A stretch of 64,000 bases of DNA from Octopus sinensis (taxonomy: Eukaryota). The position numbers and the translations under genes were made by a program. Shown in pieces: positions 26,846 to 40,710 of this stretch (positions within the stretch are counted from its first letter, which is position 1; each line of letters opens with the position of its first letter). The notes under the pieces were generated by a model that saw only the letters and a program-made list of their open reading frames with translations, made no database searches and had not been told where the DNA came from. The DNA is taken from the NCBI RefSeq assembly GCF_006345805.1, contig NC_043009.1, forward strand, positions 1,364,001 through 1,428,000. The letters run 5' to 3'.

Positions 26846-27301
26846 ATATATATGTATGTATTTTGCCTATAATATTGGTGTTAGTAGTATAATGTACTGA
26901 AGGGGGCAGTGGTGGTGGAGGATATAAATATACAAACAGAAGGAGCGAGAGAGTCAGTTCTGCTACTTGTCTCTTCAGCTTATCAGTTTCATGTTAGTCA
27001 TGCTCCATTTCTCCCCAGTAATTTCTGAAACTCTCTGACAATAAGAAACCTTTAAAATCAAGCTAGTTTAGTTGTGTGTGTGTGGTGTGTGTGTGTGTGT
27101 GTGTGTGTGAGCATGTGTGTGTGTGCGTGGGTGTGTATGTGACAATCCCTTGTATTCATGTGTGGTGTAACCGATGCGAAGGCAGCAGTAATTCATAAGC
27201 AATATCTATCTACCTTATCTATCCATTTGATCTATCTATCTAGGCAGGTAGGTAGCTAGGTAACAAATATGAAAGCAGCATTCTACATTCACATACATAT
27301 A

Positions 27302-27512
27302 CAAGCGGGTAATGAAAAGTTTGTGGCTTTAGGTAAAAGAAAATACAAGAGGATCATTTAATTATGATTTTATTCAACATATTCCCCTCCTCTCATATTC
27401 ACACACTTATTGCAGTGGGCCTTCAGTTTTTCTAAGTCCTGTAAAAGAACTCCAAAGACGGGACCTGCAACCAGGCTTTTCTCGATACTTTTAAAGCTCA
27501 GCACCACCTCTT
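27302..27512 (-). mobile_element. Non-autonomous mariner element (same family as 9371), reversed
   Basis: Reverse complement of the AATAAGTGTGTGAAT..GGAATATGTTGAATAAAATCATAATTAA interior. Confidence 0.75.
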
Positions 27513-27559
27513 ATATATACCTTATAAAGTGATGGGTAGATTCTCACAAGTGTAAAATA

Positions 27560-28570
27560 TCATCATCATCATCGTCGTTTTAACATCCGCTTTCCATGCT
27601 AGCATGGGTTGGACGATTTAACTGAGGACTGGTGAACAAGACGGCTGCACCAGCCTCCAATTTTGATCTGGCAGAATTTCTACAGCTGGATGCCCTTCCT
27701 AATGCCAACCACTCCAAGAGTGTAGTGGGTGCTTTTATGTGCCACTGGCACAAGGGCCAGTCAGGTGGTATTGGCAATGACCTCGCTCGAATGGTGTTTT
27801 TTTTATGTGGTACTCAATGATGCAGGCTTAGCTGTGTGGTAAAAAGCTTGCTTCCCAACTACATGGTTCTGGGTTCAGTCCCACTGCGTGGCATCTTGGA
27901 CAAGTGTCTTCTACTATAGCCTCAAGCCAACCAAAGCCTTGTGAGTGGGTTTGGTAGATGGAAACTGAAAGAAGCTCATTGTGTGTGTGCGTGTGTGTGT
28001 GTGTATGCATGTGGCTTAGTGGTTAGGGTGTTGGACTCATGATCATAAGATTGTGATTTCAATTCCTGGACCAGGCGACATGTGTTCTTGAGCAAAACAC
28101 TTCATTTTTGTTGTTGTTCCAGTCCACTCAGCTGGCAGAAATGAGTAATCCCGTGACTGATTGGTGTCCCATCCAGGTAAGGAATATACATCCCATTGAA
28201 ATTAGGAAACTGGTCTTTATGAGCCTGGCATAGCTTGAGAAGGAAACATTTTATTTTATATATATATAAAGGTACATGGCTCAGTGGTTAGAATATCAGG
28301 CTCACAATCATGAAGTAGTGAGTTTGAAAACTGGACCGGGCTGCATATTGTGTTCTTGAGCAAGCCACTTTATTTCACATTGCTCCAGTTCACTCAGCTG
28401 TAGAAATGAGTTGCAACATCACAGGTGCCAAGCTGTATTGGCCCCTTTGCCTCTCCCTTGGATAACAATGGTGGTGTGGAGAGGGGAGGCTGGTATGCAT
28501 GGGCGACTGCTGGTCTTCCATAAACAAATTTGCCTGGATTTGTACCTTGGAGAGGAAATTTCTAGGTGTA
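27560..28570. mobile_element. SINE cluster: family C (-, 27560-27810), family A head (+, 27822-27980), two family D (+, 28005-28250 and 28270-28570)
   Basis: Each segment matches other copies in the window. Confidence 0.8.
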
Positions 28571-30971
28571 CAAAAAAAAAAATGCAACAGTGCATGCTCA
28601 AAATTGGTCAGCATTAGGAATGGCACTGAGCCATAGAAACTATACCAAAGCAGACACAGCAGCATCTATGGAACACAAGACATTAAATGACGATGCTGTT
28701 GAGATACAAATTTTAAAAATGAAGGAAATCTTGAATGCAGGAGAATAGCTTAGAGGATAGAGTAAAATGCCCTTATAGGCAGGAAAAAAAAGGGGCCAGC
28801 ACCCTGCTACAAAGAATGAAACTCATTTCCAGCTCAGAACTCTGTACCGTTGAGCTAAACGACCCCTGACAACAGATCCTATCTTTTATAAAGATAAATA
28901 ATAGCTTTTGCAATGTGAGAACATTTTTGTAGACAAACAGTGGAGCATTGAGTGAGTTGGTGTTTTAGGAATGAAGGAAATCTTGGATGCAACGGAATAA
29001 TAACAGTGAAAACAGCTTCGATGGTTGGGTAAAATACCTTTATAAACAGAAAAAAGTAGCCAGCAAGTCATATATATATACACACACACACATATACATA
29101 TATAAATGTGTATTAAGGCTATCATTGGTTTCATGTTAAGAAAACTATCTTAATATCTTAACAATTCTTCAAGCCAATCACATGGAGGAATACATATATA
29201 CATATATATGTGTATATTTTTAGGAACTTGATTGTTGTGGCCAGTCAGAGAGAGAGACCACTGGTTTCGCACCTGTAAATCACTTAACTGCATATGCGAC
29301 TCATCAGACCCAAATGGCCAAAAGCAGTATCTGTAGAGACACTAATGGTCACTCTCTGAATGATCATAACAATCAATTTTCTTGCGCTATGAAACATATT
29401 TAGCCCAGATCTTGTCTAGTCCATTCCTTAACTCTTATATATATATATATATATATATATAATACAAAATGGGACAAGAACATCCAGACAGTTAGGTGAT
29501 GCAAAAAAGGGACAACAAAACATCCAGGTAGACGATACAAAGAAAACAAGGACGGGTCATTCGAAGTTTTCTTTCCTCAGTCAAGCACCAGATTATTCTC
29601 GCAATTTCGGCTGATTATTCTCGAGATTGCTCCAATCTGGCCAGCCCCAAGGAAAAACTAAGCTAAGAGTATTAGATTCCTTGGAAGAAAGCAGTGAATG
29701 TATACAAAAGCAAGGACGAAAAAAACGGACAAAGTTACACAAATATAAAAGTCTATGGGGCATGCCACTGAAAAACCCGATGCATTTCATTGCCAACATA
29801 TGCCACGTAGGTGTACTCTCACCATTTTAAACTGACACCATACATCAATGTGATTAGTTCTGACTTTAGTCCTCTAATATCTCAAATATCCTCTGTTCCT
29901 ATTGCATCTTGACATACCATACTGCTCAAGATATTGAGTTATTGATAACAGAGAGAAACATGGGCACTTGGTGCACACATGACACAGCCACTGGTTACAA
30001 TGTCTTGACATTCCACAAAAACAGAGTAATTGATGATAAAAGGGGAAAAAAGACATGTGCACTTGGTACACACTTGATGTTGTCTGTTCCTCGCTTGCTG
30101 CTTTCATTCCTTGTGTGTCAATGCAGCCACATAACTTCTCTGACTTGTGTAAAATGTCAGACACAAGCCACATTGTCAAAGATGACACAGAAGGTCAGAA
30201 GTAATATAATAATATAACTGTACAGTAAGTTTCTATCTATCTGTCTTGTCTGTAGAATGTGTGCATGCACACACACACATATATAATATATGTATGCATG
30301 TATATATATATGTAGGCTTATAGGAAAATACCTCTACGTAATGTTATGCATGCTAAATATAGATGTTGTAGAATCTCAGGTATTTAATATAGTGGAGCAG
30401 TAAAACTTCAAGTAACTGACATTATCTTTGCAATGAGAAGACAGAAACTCCCTTCAGGAGCATGTTTAAAATTCTTATAGCTACAAGTTAGGGAGATAAC
30501 TGTCATGATATCAGCTAATTCAGATTTTAAGAAAAACAAATTAACGATAGGAGATGAATTTCCAGCCGGTTGGTTGGCTGGTTGGTTGGTTGTCATATAT
30601 TTTATCCACTCCGACAAGCCAGCCATGGTTTTGCTTCTTTGGCACATTTACCATTAACTGTGTCAAAAGTCAAACAGCCAACCAACCATTCTAACTGGGA
30701 CAGCTTTTTTTTTCCTCTTTTACCTGTCACTATTTCAGGTGAACTGTGGGCATATCTAATGAAATCTCACAATAGTCAGCGAGTCTCTGGTTGCATCCAA
30801 ATATATTTTGTGTGTGTGTGTGTGTGTGTATGTCTACATATGTGTACATAGATGTATGTGTATATGTGTGGATGTGTAAATATATATATATGTAAGTGTA
30901 TATATGGATATGCATGTGTGTATGTATGAATGTTTGTATTTATACACTCCTCAAAACATTTGTGTGTGTGT

Positions 30972-31002
<31 letters not shown>

Positions 31003-31699
31003 CACACACACATATATATATACACACACACACACAGATATATAGATACACATATATATACAAACACATATATATACACACATATATATATACACACACA
31101 CATATATGTGTATGTATGTATGAATATGTGTGTATATATAATACACACACATCATTGTAGTTATTGTTCTGCCTGCCCATGCTGACGGAGCACCCGACAG
31201 GCCATTATAGACCGAGACAACAACTGTTCAGAGCTGCCCCCCCACCTGAACTAGTTTAGTGGACTACATCTCAGTTCTAAGTTCCTTAAATCACAAGGTT
31301 TATGTTGATAACATACCAAGTATTCATTACCACAAACATGGATCCCTGTTTGATATTCGTCACTCCCAGTCACTCCCACACACCATGAAAAGAACAGCTA
31401 AGTCTCCTGTAACACCAATTACAATGGCCACACCTTACTCCTGTAGATTTAGTACACTTCAACAAGTGATTCTTTGGTGTCATTCGTTTTCAGGCTGGCA
31501 CCAACAATATCTGCTGTTCAAATGAGAACAATATGTTCTTATTTCATCATAGTTCCCACATTTTTGGTGGTTTTAGTCTTTTCCTTTCAGCACTCAATCA
31601 AATTATTATTAGATTTTTTTTTCATAGTTGATATATTGGTGGAATAATCTACCTTGTTCTGGTTTAATGGATCCAAAATTTCTTTTAAATCATATTTGT

Positions 31700-31951
31700 T
31701 TAATCCATTAACATTCAGATTATTTGTTTAATCCATTAACATTCAGGATATTCAATCAAATTTAATATTTATTCAGATTGTTTTGAAATAATCATGCATT
31801 ATCTCATAGTTTTGAGATTTTCAATGTATGATTGTATATTTTTAGAATGATATCGTGGGGTAGGTGAGAGGGGTCAGATGCGGTCAATTTGAATGCAAAA
31901 CAGGTAGAACATCTAGGCCGGTTACAGCTAGTTTAAATGTTAAATGGTTAA
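31700..31951. mobile_element. TTAA-flanked (piggyBac-type) MITE with a duplicated left end
   Basis: TTAATCCATTAACATT occurs twice; right end AATGTTAAATGGTTAA. Confidence 0.6.
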
Positions 31952-31954
31952 GTA

Positions 31955-32500
31955 TTCATTATTGCAGGTGAGTTTTATGAAATATCCCAGCCCACTGGCA
32001 TCAACATTGCAAAACATTTCATCATTTTTGTAAATAATCGCCACAGACTTCCTTACAGCAAAATCATTATATTGACCGATGTATAAAGGGTTATTACATC
32101 CAAGTTACCTATAATGTAATTTGTTAAGTTATTGGAGTGGTTGCTGCCATTGATTTTGCTGAAGTGTTCCATGTTGTTACTAACATCTATAGACATTTCG
32201 GTTAGTGATTGTATGGCCATTGCGAGGAGCTACAACAGCCAATAGTTGCTGGAGATATTGGCTCCACAGACTGACCTGGTTTCAGGCTCTAGCAATGAGA
32301 TCAGAGGTAGGTATGTAATTTTTCTGAAGTCCACACAATGCAGATGCATTATTTTGGGTGGCTTGAAGTCGTTCCTAGTCCGATTTCTTTGAGTGGAAGA
32401 TGTTATGCTTGTAGCCTTGTTAATCACTGATTCATTCATCACTGCTCTGGAAAAATATGGTACGTTCAATTGTGAACCAAGTTCACTTAACAAGGATTGA
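31955..32500 (-). pseudogene. Penelope-like element reverse transcriptase fragment
   Basis: Reading through the stop at 32230 gives ETRSVCGANISSNYWLL*..YIIGNLDVITLYTSV, resembling the PLE RPIxS and SLDVxSLYT motifs. Confidence 0.55.
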
Positions 32501-32640
32501 TCTGTGATGATGTGGGTAAGTGGTCAGTGGAAGATTCTGCTTGGACTACATAACATTGTACCAGCAACTACTCACAACGCTCACTCAGCTACCCAGGATG
32601 TACTGACCACTGCTTGCGTTTATATGACTGTGCTGCAAGG

Positions 32641-32803
32641 CTCTTTTACTCTTTTACTTATTTCAGTCATTTGACTGTGGCCATGCCGGAGCCACGCCTT
32701 TAATTGAGCAAATCGATCCCAGGACTTATTCTTTGTAAGCCTAGTACTTATTCTATTGGTTTCTTTTGCCGAACTGCTAAGTTATGGGGACATAAACACA
32801 GAC

Positions 32804-32883
<80 letters not shown>

Positions 32884-33046
32884 GATGAGCTTCTTTCAGT
32901 TTCTGTCTACCAAATCCACTCACAAGGCTTTGGTTGGCCCGAGGCTATAGTAGAAGACACTTGCCCAAAGTGCCACGCAGTGGGACTGAACCTGGAACTA
33001 TGTGGTTGGTAAGCAAGCTACTTACCACATGGCCACTCCTACACCT
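32641..33046 (-). mobile_element. Family A SINE
   Basis: Matches the family A copies; long internal (TA)n. Confidence 0.9.
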
Positions 33047-34094
33047 ATATATATATTTTTATACTGATTTTTAGCCCATAACAACATGGGACAAGTGAAC
33101 AGAAAAATTATGAAGGTGCTTGATCCTAACAAATGATGCAAACAGGTGTGTTCTTTACAGGAAAGGGTAGAGATGATTTTATATCCTGGTGTTTAACAAA
33201 GTGGGGGGGAAAAGAAAATATTCACACAACACAATGCGATTACTGTTACATGAGGTTAACCGCTCTCTGCTGATGGCTCACAGTGAACTGCTTTCCAACT
33301 GCTCACAGTGCTCTATTTTATAGCAATGTGTCAGTCCACTTTTAGTCCCTTGGAGGTGGTTGGAATACTTTCACAACAGATGATCAAGAAAATATGCAAT
33401 GGTAGAAGCTTCATTGCTGTGGGCCCCAAGTTTGGTGTCAATAATTCTGGCATTCATTTCATTTACAAAGAATATGAAGATGATTTATATATATCACTGT
33501 GAATTTTTTGGAACCAGTGAAAGCCCATGGCTTAGGGGTTTTGGCGTTTGGCTCACGACCGTGAGGGCAGGAGTTTGATTCCTTGACATCATTCGATGGT
33601 TGTAAATAAGCATTGTCCATTTCCAGTTGTCTGTGTAAAGGATGTCAGGTTATGAGGAAATATTACCTTGGAAACAGGTGAGCAACAGGAAAGGCATCCA
33701 GCAATAGACAATCTGCTTGAACAATCCCATTCATGCAAGCATGAATAAGTGACCATTAAGAACATTAAACAATGATGATGATGTAGCAAGAATTTAAAGA
33801 GTAATTTGTATCACTGTTGCCAATGAGGATTGGGGGTTAGAATTAGAACTTAGACCAAAGATTTTGATAGCATTATCAGTAATTCACAGGAAGTCATTAT
33901 TTTTATTATTTCTAAATAATTAGCATAGAATTGTTTTTTTTATGTTTTCAATTTCAGATATACAATCAATATTAATGTCTTTCAAAAATGCGGTGAAACT
34001 CAATCGTAATTTGAGAACAGATGTTTCATTTGTATTTTGTTATATTGCACCATATGCTCTGGTGGTATTGTCTGTTTGTATATCTAGCCTTTGT

Positions 34095-34430
34095 GCGTAT
34101 GTGTGTGATTGTGTGTGTATGTGTGTGATTGTGTGATTGTGTGTGTGTGTATGTGATTGTGTGATTGTGTGTGTATGTGATTGTGTGATTGTGTGTGTAT
34201 GTGTGTGATTGTGTGTGTATGTGTGTGATTGTGTGCGCATGTGTGTCATTGTGTGTGTGTATGTGTGTGTGTATGTGTGTGTGTATGTGTGTGAGTGTGT
34301 GCGCATGTGTGTGATTGTGTCTGTGTACATGTATGTGTGTGTATACATGTATGTGTGAGTGTGTGTGTATGTGTGTGCACATGTGTGAGAGTGTATATGT
34401 GTGTATGTTTGTGTGTGTGTGTGTGTGCTG
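34095..34430. repeat. Compound (TG)n / GTGTGATT low-complexity tract
   Basis: Direct reading. Confidence 0.9.
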
Positions 34431-35321
34431 AAGTTGTAATGTGGCATGCTGTCTGTCACAACAGTTCCCTCATGGCAGCCAGGGATCTTTGTTACTCCCC
34501 AGTTAATTGGTTTTGTTACAATTGGTGCTGGTTCATCCATTTTATGTGTGAGCATGTGTGAATACATGTGAGTGTGTGCGTATGTACATACAAGTATGTG
34601 TGAGTATGTACATAATCACACACACTCCATTTTAATAAATTTGTTGCTGAAGTGCAAATATATATATCTCATCATTTAATGTCCATTTTCCATGCTGACG
34701 TGGGTTGGTCAGCTTGACAGGAACAGGCATGGTCAGGGGCCTCACGAGGTTCCATAGTCTGTCTTAGTTTGGTTTCCATGGCTGGATGCCCTTCCTAATG
34801 TCAACCGCTCCACAGAATGTACTGGGTGCCTTTTTGCGGCACCATAAACAGTGTCTTTTAAATGGCACCAGCACCCACACTAGTGCTTTTTACATGACAC
34901 CTTGGTTTTAGGATCTCAGTTCTGTTGTGGTGGGCATGTCTTCTCAAGTATAGCTATGCACCACACACACATATACATACATACATACTACTACTATTTA
35001 CTATTTAGTGTACTTTATTGATTTCTAGAATAAGGTTTTTATAGTTTGTTTTCTATATTTGGTGTAAATAACATCTTTCATTATTGAATTGTTTCATAGA
35101 GATTTTTCTCTAAATTATATACTTATATTATATATTGTGAAATTTGATTTTAAATTGTTAAATTGAATTTTTCCTTGTAAGTTTTGGAATTATATTTCCT
35201 ACTATCATTATTATTATTATATATATATATATATATATAGGGTGCAGACGGTATTTGAAGGCACATGCATTTTTAGTCATTATTTTGGCTTCTATTTCAG
35301 AAAACAACAACGACGGGCCAT

Positions 35322-36315
35322 ATGCTTACTAATGAAATGAAAAGGAATGCTGTGATTGTGGCTTTGAAGGTTAAGCATGGGGATTTAGAAATTTTTCATT
35401 TTCTGAGAGTTGCAAGATCTTTTGTCCACAAGATTCAGTGTGGCTTAGATAAAGAAGATGGAAGCATATTACCTGTATCAAAACATAAAAACAGTCCAAA
35501 TGCTCTGATTCTATCAGGACACCTGAATTTATTCAGGAAGTTAAGCAAAACAGTGAAGAGAATCCAGGAAAATCAATGAAGTCAATTGGGAAAAAATTTT
35601 GTGTATCAGAAAAAACAATCAGAAATGTTGTGCATCAAAATACAAATCTTATTTGATGAGGAGAAGTCAATTCTTGTCAAAAAAAAACAAAAACAAAAGA
35701 AAACCGTTTAATCAGATCCAAGATACTTTTGAACAAACTTAAAAATCCACCAGAAGATGGTACGATTTGGTTTTTCTCAGATGAGAAAAACTTTGTCCAG
35801 GACCAGAAAACTAGAAGAAGAATGTGCAGACCCTTCTGAGATTCCAAGAGTAATGCACACACAATTTCCTGCAAGTGTTTGGGGGGTTGTTAGCAATGAA
35901 TGACATGTGATGCCTCCTCACTTTTTCCACAAGGCCTTAGGGTGATGTTGCTGTGTATATTGAGGTTCTGGATAAAGTTGTTAAGCCTTGGATCAACAGT
36001 GTATGCAATGAAAGGCGTGATGTCTTTCAACATGATTCTGCACCATCACACAAAGCTCAAATGACAAGAATGGAGGGCCAACAATTTGCATTATCACATC
36101 ACCCACCCAACATTTGGCCTCCTACTTCTCCAGATCTTAATCCACTGGACTACTATGTATGGAACTTCGTTGATAAAAATGTCAATGAACAACCCCATAG
36201 CACCAAAGATTCTTTGAAAGATGCCATAATTTGAGTCATGTTGGATATGAACAAGGACCACTTAATCCAAGTGTGTAAACGATTTTGACCCAGTGTAGAG
36301 GCAGTTATTGATGTT
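35322..36315 (+). pseudogene. Tc1/mariner transposase fossil, probably maT/DD37D
   Basis: N-terminal HTH-like region; WFFSDEKNF; VFQHDSAPSHKA; WPPTSPDLNPLDYYVW; several stops and frameshifts. Confidence 0.9.
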
Positions 36316-36327
36316 TATGGGGATTTT

Positions 36328-37050
36328 CATCATCATCGTTTAAAGTCCGTTTTTCCATGCTGGCATGGGTTGGACAGTTTGACTGAGGTCTGGAGAACCA
36401 GCGGCTGCACCAGGCTCCAGTCTGATCTGGCAATGTTTCTGCAGCTGGATGCCCTTCCCAATGCCAACCACACCAAGAGTGTAGTGGATAATTTTTATGT
36501 GCCACTGGCAGAGGAGCCAGTCAGGTGGGCCTGGCATTGATCATATTCAGATAGTGCTTTTTATGTGCCGCCGGCACAGGGCCAGTCAGGGGGTACTGGC
36601 ATTGGCCACGTTTGGTAGGTGCTTTTTACATGTCACCAGCGTGGGAGCCAGTCAGGCAGAATAGGCATCAACCACATTCGGATGGTGCTTTTTACATGTC
36701 ACCAGTACGGGAGCCAATCAGCAGGTACTGGCAACAGCTACAATATTGGTTTTACTTGACTCAACAGGTTTTCTGAAGCAAATGTCACACGATGCATCAG
36801 GGTTCTCTTAACTGGGCTGGACATTCGTATATGTGATCTCACTTTAGTTGCTGGGTCTTCTCAATCACAGCATATCTCAAAAGGTCTCAGTCTCCCATCA
36901 TAGGAAGGGCATCCAGCAGTAGAAACATTGCCAGATCAGACTGAAACCTGGTGCAGGCTTCTGGCTCGCCAGCCCTCAGTCAAACTGTCCAACCTATGCC
37001 AGCATGGAAAGAGGACGTTAAACAACGACAACGATGATGATGATGATGAT
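36328..37050. mobile_element. Inverted pair of family C elements
   Basis: 36328-36460 is a near reverse complement of 36901-37040; subrepeats lie between them. Confidence 0.85.
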
Positions 37051-37569
37051 GATATTCTGTTGTGTCTGGGGAGAGTAATTTTCTTTTTGTGCTTTATAAT
37101 TTAACATCCTCACCGGTAAAATTTTTATTTTCCTAAAATAAAACTTATTCCTTATTTTTATTTTCCTAAAATTTTCATTGTGTCTTTTAGGAAAATAAAA
37201 ATAAGGAATAAGTGGAAATTTTACCTGTGAGTGTGTTAAATTATAAGGCACGAAAAGAAAGTGACTCTCCTTAGACACAACAGATTATGCTTCAACACAC
37301 AAACTCACATAAAGAATCTTGCAAACCAAATCCAAAACTGAAATATAACATAATTATTTAAAAAAACTAACAAAACCAACAATTTGTTTTGACTTATATA
37401 CATTTTTTGATATATAAACAATTCAATTCCTTTATGAGAGCTACAGATATGAGTGCATGGGTCAAAAGTCTGTTTCCCTACTACAGGGGGTCGAGTTCAG
37501 TTCCACTGTATGCCACTTTGGGCAAATGTCTTCTACTATAGCCCTGGTCAGACTGGAGCCTTGTGAATG

Positions 37570-37940
37570 AATTTGAACAACAGAAACTAAGTGGCTGTGT
37601 GGTAAGTAGATTGCTTACAACCACAGGGTTCTGAGTTCAGTCCCACTGTGTAGCACCTTGGGCAAGTGTCTTCTATTGTAGCCTTGGGCTGACCAAATCC
37701 TTGTGAGTGGATTTGGTAGACAGAAACTGAAAGAAGCCTGTCATATATGTGTGTGTGTGTTTGTCCTCCCACCATCACTTGACAACCAATGTTGGTGTTT
37801 GTCCCCATAACTTAGCGGTTTGGCAAAAGATACTGACAGAATAAGTACTAGGCTTACAAAGAATAAGACCTGGGGTCGATTTGTTTGACTAAAGGTAGTG
37901 CTCCAGCATGGCCGCAGTCAAATGACTGAAACGAATAAAA
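37570..37940 (+). mobile_element. Family A SINE (a second degenerate head lies at about 37455-37575)
   Basis: Matches the family A copies. Confidence 0.85.
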
Positions 37941-37944
37941 GAAC

Positions 37945-37975
<31 letters not shown>

Positions 37976-38577
37976 CACACGTATGCACACATGTATATGT
38001 GTATGTTTGTGTCTCCTTGTCTTGACATTGTTTGGTGATTGTAAATGAGTATCACTGTCATACAAGCAGTGTCAGTCATTTCCAATGTTTTCAGTGAAGA
38101 TCATGTTTGGAGATAGAGAAATGCTACTTTACTTGGAAATGGGTAAAAGTTAGTGATAGGAAGAGCATCCATCTGCTTCCAAACACTGTCCGACCAACTC
38201 AAGCATGGAAAAATATATGTTAAAACAACCATGATGATCTTTTTTTCTATTTTATGTTAGTAAACAAAAAAGACATGGTGTAGGGTCAAGAGGACCCTTT
38301 TATCTTGCTGAGGACATGACAACCTCTTTGGTGCCAGTGCCATCATAGAGATGCTTCCAGTATATTCTTTGCAGTGGTTGGTGATAGGAAGAGTGCCTAA
38401 TGGTATAAGTCCAATCAAACATGTCATGCTTGAGCAATATTCAGTCCTCTGATTGGTTAAAGAGAGCAGGATCTCTGAATCCGAATTGACACACAGTATA
38501 ACGATCAGGATAACCCATGCCAGTCCAAAAAGCAGACACATGAGGATTATGATGATATATGTGCGTGCACACATACA

Positions 38578-38645
<68 letters not shown>

Positions 38646-38744
38646 CGTGCACACATACACACACACCTATATATATATATATATATATATAATATATGTA
38701 TAGTCTTATAAAATAATGATAAATATATTATATAAATATATATT

Positions 38745-38880
38745 AATCAATCCAAACATGAACAAGCAAGAAAAACCAACAACGCGAGGACGTGGAATAA
38801 GTACAGTGTTATTGGACGCTCAGGAAAGGAAAGAAAAGTAAGAGGGTTTCCCGTTTCGAGCGGAGCTCTTCATCAGAAAT
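38745..38880 (-). mobile_element. Short element with a hammerhead-like motif inside microsatellite
   Basis: Minus strand TTT-CTGATGA-A-GAGC-TCC-GCTC-GAAA-CG-GG-AAAC; the cleavage triplet is degenerate. Confidence 0.55.
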
Positions 38881-38952
<72 letters not shown>

Positions 38953-39860
38953 ATATATATATATATATGTATATATACAGAGAGAGAGCAATATATATGG
39001 GCTTATAAAAATAATATTATATATACACACACACACACACGCCTACATGCACATGCATTATGAATACATATATATATATAATATATATATATATATATGC
39101 ACTTATATAAAAATGGTGTGTGTGAATAAGTACATACATACTTTACAATGTTCACACATATCTAAATATATAAAACTAAATACATATAACTAAATACATA
39201 CACACACATATATATATATAACTAAATATACACTCACACACACATATATACAAATATATATGAATGTGAGTGTGTGTACGCACACACATATATATATATA
39301 TACATAATACATATACACATACGTACGTACACATATGTATATGTATTATATATATATATATATTTGTACATAAAGTATATATGTATTCACACAGAAACAT
39401 GAACTCTCTTATTCAAACAATTATACATATTTTACATATATACACATACACACATGCTCTCTCTCTCTCTCTTTCTCTCTCACACACACATGTACATGTA
39501 TGTTTGCATGTACAAATATTTCTTTTTCAAACTAGTTAAAAAAGAAGCTCAGACAATTTGTATATTTTCTCCTCCCCCTCCTTTGCATTATGATTCTCTA
39601 TTGATGCAAATTAAATCAAGTCTCCAGCGAGAACTCTGTAGTGTACGAGAAACCGGTTGGACAGGTTTAAGACAAAAGGAACCCAGAACTTTAGAATTAT
39701 AGGCTGAGAAATGCAGCAGTAGTCAGTTTTCTTTATGGATCATTTAAAGATTTTATACCTGTTTTTTTTGAATCATGAAAATGAGTACAAACAACTGAAC
39801 GGTCTTCAAGTATATTTATTTCTCTATTTAGTTATTTAGTTATTGTTATTATTATTATTA

Positions 39861-39895
<35 letters not shown>

Positions 39896-40034
39896 TTGTA
39901 ATGCCGTTTAGGCAATGATTTGGCAGGAATGACATAATGTCATATAACCTTGTATATGTCGTTTAGTATTCAAATTCTCTCGAGGTTGATTAATTTGGTT
40001 TTTGTTCTTTGGTGTTGTTTTGTTATTGTTTTAT

Positions 40035-40415
40035 CTTTTGCTTGTTGCAGTCATTGGACTGTGGTCATGCTGGAGCTCTGCCTTGAAGGGTTTTAGTCAA
40101 CCAGCTCGACCAGGTACCTACTTTTTCAACTTTGTACTTATTCTGTCACTCTCTTTTACAGAACTGCGAATCATAGGGACACAAATGAACCAACATTGGT
40201 TGACATGGTGAGGGTGGAGACAAACAAAATCACAAACACACACACATATATATTCACACATAAAGGGCTTCCACAGAGTTTCCATCTACCAAATTCATTC
40301 ATTAAGGGTTTGGTTGGCCAGGGGCTATAAGAGTTGACACTTGCCCAAGGTGCTGTGCTATAAGACTGAACCCAGAACCTTGTGGTTGCAAAATACACTT
40401 CTTAACCACACAGCC
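40035..40415 (-). mobile_element. Family A SINE (older copy)
   Basis: Matches the family A copies. Confidence 0.8.
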
Positions 40416-40710
40416 ACGTTTATATTGTTGTTGTTCTATTTCTAGCTTCTTGGTGAAAGATGTTCCAGCCAGGAAAATACCATGTTTATGCAGTAATGAT
40501 GTAACAATGCCTACACACACACACACACACACATCTATCCACCCATAAGACAGGCTTCTTTCAGCTTCTCCCTGCCAAATTCACTTGCTAGGCTTTGGTC
40601 AGCCTAGTGCTGTAATAGAAGACACTTGTCCATGGTATCACACTGTGGGACTGAACCTGAAACCATATGGTTGAGAAGCAAACTTTTTAATCACAGTCAT
40701 TTTTATTGAT

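Noticed and set aside
30730-31185. ORFs rich in HT/YI/CV dipeptides here and throughout the window
   Set aside because: (CA)n/(TA)n microsatellite artefacts
31955-31975. Plus-strand GCAG|GTGAGT fused splice motif (similar ones near 1270 and 13685)
   Set aside because: Weak pyrimidine tract or weak donor, mostly inside repeats, unlike the 60329 site
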